The notes under the pieces were generated by a model. The model saw nothing but the letters and a program-made list of their open reading frames with translations, was not told the DNA's origin and made no database searches. Of a stretch of 64,000 nucleotides of DNA, positions 52,217 through 64,000 are shown piece after piece. The stretch comes from the human T2T-CHM13v2.0 reference genome, Homo sapiens. The position numbers and the translations under genes are program-made. The DNA lies in the NCBI RefSeq assembly GCF_009914755.1, contig NC_060929.1; one strand, written 5' to 3'. Position 1 is the stretch's first letter. The number at the start of each line of letters is the position of its first letter.

Positions 52217-55200
52217 CAGTTATATCAGGCAGAAAGAGTGGGTTTGATTACTAACAGGGGAAAGAGAAAGAGAGAGAGAGAAGGAAAGAGACAGAAACAG
52301 AGAGGTTTCCCTGCAGACTGACATGACAGGCACCACAGAGGGAGATATAATTGTTATTACACCTAATAGGAAATTCATAAATATAAACTGATATGAATGA
52401 AATCTACAATTTTAGAGAGGTGGGCATTATTTATATGGTACAGTGAGCAAAAATGTAACTTCCCATATAATTCTTTATGAAGCCCTTAGCTAATGTTGGT
52501 AGAAGAAAAAGGAAAACTTGCCAATTTGAGGTAACTTTCTTCTAGCCTTTAGCCATCTATTTCCCTCTGACTTAACATTGTGGTGTAAACCCTCGGCCTC
52601 TCTGGATTTCTTCCATCTCTCTTCTCCTTTATGCCTCTTTTTTCTCCAACTGTGGAGAAGGCTTGTGGAAAGCAGCCTCACTGTGGCAAGGGAGGGGAGT
52701 CTAGGTCATGTTAGTGCTCTCTGTGGGCTCTGGCTGACTCTCATTGCAGCCATTGCAGCACAGCCTGGGCTTGCATATATTCTAGCTTGATCTTTTCACA
52801 CAGCCAAGGCCTAATGGAGCTCCACACTGATTTTTCCTGAAGGCATGATTGACCCTTGGAGGCCTGGCTGCAGCACCATTTTTAAAATCCAGAATTGGCA
52901 TGTTCTTCCCTTTGTCTTTCTGCTCCAATGCAAGTTTTGTTCCTCATTGTGATGAAACATCTCCCACAACCACCGATGGACATTTGAGAACATCTGGATT
53001 CTTTTAACATCACACAGATCAAGGAGACTCGGGTCCAATCTCCCAGCATGGTCTACCCAGACCCATTTCTGTCTTGTGACTGTCTCATTCTGTGCCATAT
53101 TGGAAGCAGTGAGGAAGCTTACCACCAGCTTGAAAATCTGACAGTTTTTCAGACTTTTTTTCTCAACGCTGTATTCAGAAACCCAGAGATCAAGTTTTCC
53201 TAGTCTTATTCTCTCCACATCTCTTTACATTTCCCAAAGATTTTCTACTTCCTCTTCCTGTCAGATGGCAACATTTCCTTTTGTCATATTATCTATCCTT
53301 TCAAAAGTAATATTTATAAAACTCAATGGACATAAAGCACCTTAGGGCTTCGATATGTAAAGGGAGGCTTCGTCTCTCAATAAGGCCCAGCTATCAAGCC
53401 TCCTGGAAATCACCATGGAATGAACAAATTAAATTTGCAACTAAAACTGAGCAACATTGTCTGTTTTAAAAGCTGTATCAGTCCTTGCACTGAAGCAAGG
53501 AGTGTCCTTGGATTAATAGCTTAGGTTTCTAAAAGTCAAGGGGAATTAAAAAATACATGAGCTTGATATATAAAAAATAGAAAAAACTGCTTATTTGGAA
53601 TGATGGTTGTAATCTGTCATAAAGCGTTACCAGTCAGAAGCATGTAGAAATCTATAGAGAATCGGAGGGCTGAAGGGATGGATAAATTTGGGCCTATCTC
53701 TGCAGATATTATGGAGCCCACCTCTACAGTTGTGATGTTACAACACCCAGTATCACATAATTTGCTTAAACTTAAACATACTTAAACATTGCTTTTCACT
53801 GGTTCCAAGCAAATAGATTGCTTCTAGCTTTGCTCACCAGCTCATGTGAAATGGAGACAGAAGGAGTTTTTATGTAATATTCAGATATTATCTAACATTG
53901 AACTCTCCCTCTAGACTGGAAGGAGATCCTGAAAAACAAAGTTATAACAGAAAGGGCAATAAACTTTGAACCTTTACTCCCAAGGTATTGAATTAAAACC
54001 TTTCCCAGGGAAAATGTCACTGTATTACGAAAAATATCAACAAGCCTACTGCAAAATTTTGACATGAAGGCTAGTAAGTTCAGGCAGAGGGCATGCATGT
54101 CCTCATTCACGTGGCACACGAAGCTATGGACCGGAGAAGAAAAGACTGAAAAATGACACCAGATTCTAAGAACATTAATATTTAGATATCATCCCTCCTC
54201 CTTCCTACTCTGAAGTTTTTTCTTGTTGACATTTAATGATTCTGAAGGTTTACTGGTTCTTTTTGACATTCTAGAATTCAATCAAATTGAGCTAAAATAT
54301 TTAAATATCCCAGGAATACATTTGAATGAACACAGCTAAACAGTGGAGAAAGGTCATTTCATTTTGAAAACAAAAATAAATTACCCTCAAGTATTAAAAG
54401 TCATTATTATAAAGATTCTGGAAGTCTCTCCTGTTGATCTTTGTGATTCTGATATAAGCTGGCCAAAGCTTCCAATTTCTGAAGGATTACTGAAAAGTAG
54501 AGGGACTGCTAAAGCAGCGACTTAGCTGGTGCCTCAAAAAAGAACTCAGAAGGAATAGAGAAAGACATTGGAATCTGCATTTGAGTTACCCAAGGGCTGG
54601 TTTAGGGTTGATAAAAAGATGTTTCTCTGATATGTTTGCCTAGGGAAGAGACTGCCTACTGTGATGATACTTTTCACTGGTTTGTCTCAGAAATACATTA
54701 TTTTCATCTCCATAACATGTTAGTTGTCTCCAAATGATTTCTAAAAGATAAGCTTAGATTTTCAAATTTTAGGTCGTATCAAGAAAGCTTAAAGCCAGTG
54801 GTTTATAGGAAGGACATGGGATAATATGAGGAAGATGCATTTTAGGAAGCAAAAAGAAGATTTTAATGAGCAGCTACAGTGAGCCACTTGATACAGAAAC
54901 ATACTGAAACTAATTCTTAAAATTATATTTCTAGATTACCTTTGCATTATAAAATTAATTTTTCTTCAGGTTAGAGACATATATTTCTAAATATAGGGGC
55001 CAGCTCATTATGCTGCTTTAGGATAAGAGACTAATATCCACTGTGGCATAATTAGTTGAGACCACTGTCAAAATTGTTCTGCCTAGACAATTCTCCTTTC
55101 AGTCCCATGTCATTTAATAATACCAACAAAGGAGCACTATATTGGATGTGCTGGGAATAAGGATTGGCTGGAGAGAGTCGAATGTGTTTGTCCTTTCTTT

Positions 55201-56739
55201 CCCGTGTATCAGCCATGGCAGCCTATGTTTGATGGCCCACTTTTTGGGGCAGAGGTGACAATAGCCTGTATGAGGAATAATGTCTTTATAGTCAGCAAAA
55301 AAAAGCAACACTTTAAGCCCATACTATTTCATAGATGGGAATGTTTTCAGTTGTTCCTGTCTCTCACTTGAACAGCTTTTTGTATTTATAGACAGATATG
55401 ACATCCCCATTAATTATGTTTAGATGCCAGTAGAACTTATCATTTTAAGCTAGTTGACAGAGAAAGATATTTTCAAATTATAAAATGTATCTTATCTTTC
55501 AATCACATTTAGAAATTAGGAAAATCATTGCCTTAAACCTGGGAATTTTCTAATACATCCATGAAATCATCAAAATTATACTGGTATCTTAGAGTTGTAC
55601 CACATGTTCAGAAAGTGAAATTATCCCTTTAAAGACAAAGGAAAAAATTGTTCCAGTGTCAGGAAAGTAAATTAATAGATTTTCAGAGCCAGAAGAGCAC
55701 TACAGGGACAGATGCATGGGGTTGAGAGAATGTTTTCTCGGCAGTTTTGATTTATCAGCAACTGAAAAGGCTACAAATTAGAAGTCCTGTGGAGATTAAA
55801 AACACTGCCTTACATACTATTACAGCTAATTTGTTTATGTTAAGGAAATAAAGAATAATTATAGACTAAGCTAACAGGAACAGCCATTATCAGCTTAATT
55901 AAATGCTTCTTGTGACATTTTGCAATTATTCGTCAACAAGCACTGTTTGGATGGAAGTAGCTGGTGAGGTGAGTGGACTCATTCAGGCTTGTTCTTTACT
56001 GTTGTTGCAGTTGTCCTTTTAATGCATAATCCTATGAAGAGACTTGCTTAGTCCCGAGGGAGAAGACCAGATATTCCTTTTGCTGTTAATCCTTTCTTCT
56101 CCCTAAATAATTATATGGATATCATATTCCTCCTCATATTCTTTTCAGTTTGGGAAATGTGCTTCAATATAGCAGTTAGGTGCTTGGTGTTTTTTTTTTT
56201 TTTTTCCTTTTTTTTTTTTTTATCAGCTATGTTCACTTGGTCCCCTTCCTTGTCATTTTGACACCAAATATACTCTGAGTTAGTTAGGTTGTTTCAAGTT
56301 TTAATGATCAGGGACACTTCAGGTAGTACCAGCCAATTAAGTATACTTTCCTTTACGGCCTCTGGTTTACTCATGGCTTCTGTGTACTGCCGTTTCTAGG
56401 TATATATTTGAGATTATGCCCACTGCCATCACCTTCTGATTCTTTCTAAGGTTTTTAGATTCAAACTCCCTAGGATAAGGGATGTTACTGATGTTATTGA
56501 CATTTAGGCACTTCTGTTCCTATTGGGCCAATCTGTCATGCCAAGTCACTTCAGATGATACTGGCCATAAAGAGATTGGCTACTTGTGGGAGAGACATAG
56601 ATCTCTCTTCTACTCTGGAGTGATTTTTAAGACATTTTAAGGAGCTCTGAAAATGCACATAGAGCATACTAGACTTCCACTTTATACATACAGAAATGTA
56701 AAATCCTGTATCATAAGTGACACCTGCCACAATTGAGTG

Positions 56740-57190
56740 TTTACCATGTTTCAGATTTTGAATTGAGTTTATCAAACGCCTTGAAACATAAAAGGCCCAG
56801 GACAAAGTTTTATAAACAAGGAAGTGTAGTCTCAGAAAGGTTAAGTAATATGTTCAGCAGTGTTATATCAGTAAGTGGTAGAGCCAAGTACCCTTAACTA
56901 CATTCTAGGTAACTGCAATCCTAATTTCCTTGTCTACTACATTGTATTGCATCTGAGGTTATGGAAAAGACTAGGATTAAGAGGAGCTGGCTATGCTTTA
57001 ACTACCAATTTGCTGAATATATTACTTCAAGTTTTTTAATACATTTTCTCACTTGGAAGAGTTTGTTGTCAGATGTTAATACTATCTTTTAAAACAGAAT
57101 TTATGTAAATAACAAATGAGAGGTTTACGTGAAGCTCCTAATACAGTTCTTGGCATAAAATAATCACTTAGTACATTATTATTGTTGAGG
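56740..57190. mobile_element. Two MIR fragments in opposite orientation
   Basis: aaggaagtgtagtctcagaaaggttaagtaa (-); acagttcttggcataaaataatcacttagta (+). Confidence 0.55.
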
Positions 57191-58849
57191 CTGTTAATCT
57201 ACTACTTCAGGTAAAGTTTCATGATGCATAGATTAATTACTTGCTAATTCCAAAGGCAAAATACAGGTGTGACTATACCCATTTAAATTATCTTATTTCC
57301 AATGGCTTATTATTCTTTTATCATTGATTATTTATCTCTCTCCCTTCTCTTCTAGGCTGGGCCTCTAGGCATATATAGTGAAGTCGTGTGCCTCTCCCTG
57401 TAATGATAAATCACTGGGGAAAGCAGAGGGACTCTATAGGGTGCTTGTTGGCACAAACACCCTAATTGTTTAAAATCCTTTATTGTAATTAAGGATTTTT
57501 GTCCTTAAGCATATCCTTGAATAAGAATGGTAAAACAAGCTGATTGTGTTACTGGGAAATAAATTAAGTAATTCATTCTTCATCTAACCAGTATTGAGTA
57601 ATATTTGCTACGTAATGAGGGCATATTAACACACTAATATGTAATCTGTTGCTTTCATTGGATTTTGATGCAAAAAGTCCTCAGATTAGCTTAAATATAA
57701 GCTTAAATATAAATGACATATTGGTTAATTATTATTTCTAGCTCATCATTTTTTAATATGGTCTCAAAATTACAACTTATGACTCATTGTCAGTGATTCA
57801 CAAATCAAAAATTCTACAACATATATACTATGGATGATTTGTAGCATTGCTCCCAACCAGCCACCAGAAAAAATTGTGACCAGTAAGTATGCTCACATGA
57901 AAAATATAAGAAGATATATAATAAATTAAGAGTCATATATAGCAAGCATTAACTTCACCATTTTTGCATTTTGAAGACTACATATAATTCACATAAATAG
58001 GCATGAGGTTTTAATTCTAATTATCTATGCTTCTGGTTTCAATGAGTTAATCTATTTTTAAAGGGATATAATTAAAGTCTGGGGAACTAGTCAACATATT
58101 TACCCAAGCATTACAGAGCTTTATAATACGTTAAGAATCAACATGATTCAACTTTGAATTATTGTTGTCTTGCTACTTAAAACATGAGCTATTTTTTGAA
58201 ATACACCCAGGGAAACATTTTTTAGAGTAATTTTGTGGCTAATCTGTAAAAAAGTGCATTTTGGGTTTGATATCAAGGTTTGAGCAAGTTGTTTCTACTG
58301 ATTAAAATGAAAAACTGATCCAAATCTTAGTTTGCATCAAATAATCCAATATGTTGTATTTAGCTAGGATGAGATTTACATCAGTGACAACACTGTTTGA
58401 AAAGGTTGATTTTGATTAGGCCCCAAGAGGAAAAGCACTTCAGGATTTGTGTGTCTGTGTTTGCACTTACATTTATATTTTTATATTAAAATTCATAGGC
58501 TCTGATGTCTTTATTGCATAAAATACAAGTTTTCCATAATCATGGCAACTTTGTTTTTATATAGAAATTAGAAAAAAATAATATTGACATAGGCATTCCA
58601 TATATGGTGAATACACCAGAAGGAGAAATAAAGCATAATCTATAGCCACACAGAATACTCTGTGATGGCTCCCACAAAGATAATTAAGATGGCCAGAGAA
58701 ATTCTCTAAATAATGAAGGTCATGCCCCCCTTCCATATCATTTAGAAAACCTGATTATATTTGTGCCCAGTGATTGGGTTCATCAATGAGAAGAAACAGT
58801 TTTTTGCTAAAAGCAATCGCTACTGAATTGGTGCTTTGATGACACTGCT

Positions 58850-59430
58850 ACCATACAGGAGCTGATGCATTGAGAAATGAGCCCTGAACTCATGGAACTT
58901 ACACTTTAGCCTAGAAGAGGCATCAGGTTGATATTAATTACAAGTGGTATGTGTATGCTAATTAATGAACAGGTAGCTTTGACCAATGGAACCTAAATAT
59001 AACTTATCAGAGGCGTCAGGAAAGGTTACCTGTCTGTTTATCTGTCTGTCTGTCTCTCTCTTTCTTTTAATATGGATTTCACCTAGATGGTGATTGTGCC
59101 CGGGAGTCTGTTTTGTAAAAGTGCACAAGGTGACATTGATAATGTTTACTATGGTTGGAGTGATTAGAAAAGTAATCATTTGGAAAACAGCATTTGAAAT
59201 TCTCTATGAATTATAAATAGATTTAGTTTGCTAGGCAGCAAGAAATGGAAAGAACATTTTTGAATGGGGACGAAGGAAGAGAGAAAGACACAAAGCTGAG
59301 GGTTGGAAGTTATACTTGGAGGGAATAGAGCAGAGAAATCTATGTGGTAGAGTATAAACTGAAAAGGTAGGTAGTGCAAGGTCTTAGACAGCTTTGAAGG
59401 CTAAGTTAAGCTTGTGACCTCTTTTTTAAG
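58850..59430 (-). mobile_element. L2 fragments
   Basis: ccctgaactcatggaacttacactttag; acagctttgaaggctaagttaag. Confidence 0.5.
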
Positions 59431-59869
59431 AGATCTTCCATTCATTTCTACCTCTTGTGCTGTATTGGCAATTCACAAAATATTTTCATTACTGCTTCAT
59501 CTGCATGGTTTTTATAAATAGTGGCAAAGTCTCACTAAAGTATTTCATATTAACTATATTGTTAACCCAGAATTTAATGGAATTTACAGTTTCCTAAAAA
59601 ATGTAAAGGGAAAAAAGGAAGCTCCAACTATTTCTGTTAAAAAATATTGTTTATTTAAAGTGATGATTGGCTGAAAAGATAGTTTAAAAATAAGCATTTG
59701 ATAACTTGCTTACATTTTTCTTTAATAGAAACTTTTATTGTTTAACAAAATTTTGCGTGCATATATGTTAAGGAATAAATGGTAGAAATGAGATACTATT
59801 CAGAAATGAGAATGAATGATCTATATTCATGTGCAACAATATGGATAAAACTTTCAAGCGGGATATTCA

Positions 59870-61110
59870 AGGGCTTCAGTTCTGGAAGTTTTTCTTTAAA
59901 GGTTTCCCTTCCTCTTCATTTTTCCTGCCATCTCTTTTTGGAACTTCTAGCATTCAGATGATGGGCCTTTTGGGTGATCCTCCAATTATTTTATCTTTTC
60001 TATTGTGCATCTTTTGTCTTTGCTGATCTATTCTGTTAGATTTCCTTGATTTTATCTTCCAGTCCCTTCATTAAGCTCAATTTATATGAGCCATCACAGA
60101 CTTAATGTTCAAAGGCTCTTTCATATTCTGTGACTTTCCTATTTAATAGCACTTTCTTTTTCTTTCTCATCCTATCTGTCAGAGGATATTAATGACAGAA
60201 CTATAAAAGATTCTACTGCTCCTTCCTGTTTTGTCTGCCTCTGATTTTTTTTTGTCTGTTTTTCTCTCTGTCTTTTATCTTGAATTATTTTTTCTTTTCT
60301 AAGTGTTTTGTTCTCCTCACTTGTCCATAGTTAAGGGTAAGAAACTTAAAATTTTTAGAAGTTTTGTGAGTTTGGACAGATTTGCAACAGGTTCATAATA
60401 GTTTAGGTGACTAGCTTGGTTATTGGTGGAGATGTAGAACTTCTCTCTGGGAATTTTCTTTTTCCCTATAGAAGAAACTTCTAGTCTCCTGCTTGGCCTC
60501 CAGTGTCCCTGGACATAGGTGGAGGAAGGTGGCTGATGGTGGGCAAGAAGAGTGTACTTTGGGAGGCCTCATCATTCATTATGCAACCTTTCGGATATGC
60601 CTTCTCTATTCAGTTGGGGCCTCCCCACACTTGCCTGTGCCTGGTGTTGCTGAAACTGGAGCCTCCACAGTTCAATCCTCCAGATCCATATCTACTAATT
60701 TGTTTCAGGAATAGGGGAGGGATGGTTGCTTCTTTCTTTGGAGTCGGTGAGGGTATCTGGGATTCCAACCAGACTTTCAATAATATCTGGTATCAGCCCT
60801 TTGTGTTGTCCTTGACTTCTGTGTGCCTGTTGATTCCAAATCCTGAGCTTCTCTGGGATCCTCCAAGTGAATCTGTTTGCTTCTCCGTGTGCATAATTGC
60901 AAGCAGTACAATTTCACCTAAGTCAACAATTATTCTTGTGTCCACTTTCCATCTTGCAAAATTTGGATGACCTTTCTTGTCTACTCTTATTTACTCTCTA
61001 CTTCTCTTTTTCCTTTAGGGCTCACATGTTTGGTTCCCTTATTCTAATTTTAATAAAGCTTCTGAAGGAAACAGATTATTTTTCAGTACAATCTACCGTG
61101 TTTAATAGAA
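59870..61110 (-). mobile_element. HAL1/L1ME-like relic
   Basis: ggaacttctagcattcagatg...agatttccttgattttatcttcca...gaggatattaat. Confidence 0.6.
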
Positions 61111-63061
61111 TATCTGTAATAATTTTCACTGGACTTTTATAGAGCTGTCTACATGGCTTCTGGAGAGGTAGGTCTGGAGTATAGAGTCAAAATTCTATAG
61201 TTGGGCTTCCTGTCATGGGTCAAATACTTTCCCTGCCTTCTTGAGTTGAGTTTTCAGAGGCTGACTTCCTGAATGTCCCCAGGTCGTTCCCACATAGGTT
61301 CTTCCTATTTGGCTGTTGATGAGATTTCCATTCCCATCCTCTACTCTTGTGAATGTCATCCCCTTACCTGGATAGGCCAGTTCCAGCTACCCACTGATGT
61401 CAAATTACAAGTGAGGAGGCTTTGTGTATCACACGCTTAGTTCAAATAAAGTCATAAAATGGCATAGAAACTTATTTCCTGGCCAGTTAGGATTTGCAGT
61501 TTTCCCAATTTTACAAGGTGTCAACGGAGCTGAGAAAGGGGAAAGTCTTTCCTATGGTAGGGATCTGATTTGTCGAGATGTAGGAAATGCAAAGGGAGAA
61601 TAATGAAAAGATATAAAGTTAGATTCTTTCAATTTGTGGAAGTGTGACCCCATGTTACCTTCTCTAAGCGCTTTGTTACATCTTCATGCATCCCTTTCTC
61701 TACTTCAAACAAGTATTATCTAAGATCACTAGGTTCTGTTTTAAGGTTTTATCGTTGTTGCTGTTGTAAATTTTTGCTTATGTTTCTTAGTAATACAGTA
61801 ACCCTACATGGGCATGTGCACTAACCCAAACTGCACATGAAAGACTTTACATACTGTCGTCCTCTATTGGGCTTCTTGGGTGTGAGACATTCCTGTCTAT
61901 AATTACATGTCTTTTCTTTCTTCAAAAGACTGACATTAACTTATATTCAATACATTTATACTGAGTTGATAGGGTGGTTCCCAAGTTAAGATAATTATTG
62001 GGACAGGGGGACAAGGGACAAGGATTTTAGTGTTAATGACATAAGCACATTCCAATTAAAGTGAAAAATATCCTGGAAAGTTATCTGTGGGGAAAAGAAT
62101 ATGTAGGAGATGGATATAAAACTTCTTACCACAAAGACTCATAGCCCAGGTACTCCTGGAGGACAGAACCTGTGTTTTATTTATCCATATAGCTCTGAAA
62201 ACTTTGAACATAATAAATGTTTGATAAATAATTGCCGAATAAATGAAAAAATAAAAATATTAGTGAGGTGGGTCCTGCCTGTCAGAACTACTTTTTGAGC
62301 CCAGACTTACAGGAACTTAGACAAGGCTTAGACAAGAATGACAGTTTTGGGTTCTGTCCCAGCATAGGGCACAAATGATGACTCAGGGTAGTCCAGCTGG
62401 TATGCCCAGATAACTACTAGGCCCTTGGTGGTGATTTTTAAGGACAGTTTTGCTGTGTTGTCATCCTTTTTCTCCATTTCATGCAAAGCCACACTCTTAT
62501 AATTTCCTCAAATGAGACACTTGCACATTGTCTGCATTAAATGCTCTGTTTGGCCATCATACATCTGTACCTTGAAATTTCTAAGCATCCTAAATGATAG
62601 ATGACTTAATATACAATTAAAATATGCCTTAGTAAATTCATATATTTTAATCATTGAAGCTTGTTTTTCTTGTATTTTACTGATGTGGTTTGATGTTTTT
62701 TATACCCTGAGGCTGTTTTTATAAAGGGCACATTTTTAGAAACTCAAGAAAATAAACAAACAGATAAATTGTCTTTGCATAGCTCTACATCAGATTAAAT
62801 GCTCATCACTGGAAGTTCAGTTCTTGCAGGAAGTAAATGAAATGTTCTCATCTCAGCTCGTAAAAATCAAGTATAAAGTTTATCTCTTCACAGAGAGTCA
62901 CTTGGCTCTCTGGGAGGCAAGAGCCTAGGAAGCATCAGCAGCTGATTTTATTGGTATTTTCCCCAATCCCAATCAGCATGTTACCTGGGCAGAGTGTGAG
63001 AGTGTGTACCCCACTTTTATGTAAGACACAGATTTAGTCCATGTCAGCCCTGAGTGGGGGC

Positions 63062-64000
63062 TGTTAAAGAAAAACATTATTTACTTCTTCAGGAACATTA
63101 AGGAAGACTTTATTCAGACCATTACAATAGGTGTAGGGACCACTGCAATGGGGTTTTGCATTGGGGAGAGAGATTGGCTCCATTCTGAGTACAACAATAA
63201 AACGTGGAAATTTACAGCCAAGGAGATGAGTTAGGGGAGTTGGTGGTTGAAATATTACTAAAAGGAAACGTCAGGGGTAACAGGGGATTCGGGCTAAACT
63301 GACCTAACAGGATTCTTGCTAAAGGCAGGCCAGGGTGATCAGACATCACCTGGAGGGTGGTAGAAGATGAAGAACCTAACCAAGTATCAAGGGAGATCAG
63401 ATATCGAGGGTGGGAGATTCTGGGTAAACTGATTAGCAATATTCCTGCTAAAAGTGGATGGTACAGAAGGAACCTGGAAGCCCAAGAGTCAAGGCCTAGT
63501 TGAGAAGAGTTCAGAGGAGACATTAGAGTTTGTTCAAGTGGAGACTCTTTTGGTCACCCTCTTGTTCAAGGAAAGAAGAATGAACAATAAAAGTCCATGT
63601 CCCATTCAGTCATCTTTTGTTTATTAAGGATCTGCAGAATTATATATTGGAAATTGGTAGTAGAGGATATTTGCTGGATGATGCTAGCAGGCAGGTATTT
63701 AAAAAGGGGAGTTTCTATGAAAATAAAAGAAAAACAGAAATTAATGGTTGGAAACCCAGTTTCTGACTCCAGAGGGCAGCAAGTCAATATTTCTAAACTT
63801 GGGCTGAAAGCATCTTTAGATGGTGAAGTGAGAATGGTAGTGGCCATCCAAGGAATTTCTTGGTTTACAGTTTGAATGTCTTTGGTGATGGCATTGGTTA
63901 TTCTGTGATGGCATTGGTTGTTTTGGTGAACTTTCTGAGTGGCCCATATAGCGCAGGCACAAACATTGACTACACATGATCTGTTACCATTATTTCTTTA
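63062..64000 (-). mobile_element. MER31 3'LTR (63062-63536) plus MER31-int running off the window edge
   Basis: tgttaaagaaaaa...gggaccactgcaatggggttttgc...ctaaactgacctaacaggattcttgctaaagg...ggcctagttgagaagag; internal sequence follows. Confidence 0.82.

Noticed and set aside
52811-53218. 135-aa minus-strand ORF
   Set aside because: Non-ATG start, no recognisable domain or exon structure.
63764-63781. CTCF-like tgactccagagggcagc
   Set aside because: Imperfect 5' core inside MER31-int; not supportable from sequence alone.

Overview
AT-rich primate (human-like) non-coding DNA, intergenic or deep-intronic. I found no credible protein-coding exon, RNA gene or CpG island. Nearly all listed ORFs are chance ORFs or retrotransposon remnants. 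About half the window is recognisable interspersed repeat: seven sizeable Alus plus an Alu tip, a rearranged near-full-length L1PB, a solitary L1PA-type 5'UTR, a two-LTR THE1D-like provirus, MST/MLT/LTR33/MER11/MER31 LTRs, MER5A, Tigger3a, a split MADE1, and MIR/L2/HAL1/L1M relics. The most unusual segment is 40.1-44.8 kb. It holds a 777-bp array made only of GGT and GAT triplets, with an upstream in-frame ATG (poly-Gly/Asp) and an antisense pure poly-His frame. The array is bracketed by an ~80-90 bp direct repeat that I cannot assign to a TE. It is followed by an ~255-bp inverted repeat whose loop contains a candidate minus-strand exon. Several TE junctions look like DNA-repair scars (templated snap-back insertion, Alu-associated deletion, filler inside a MITE). 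Subfamily names come from remembered consensus sequences, and boundaries of old repeats are approximate.
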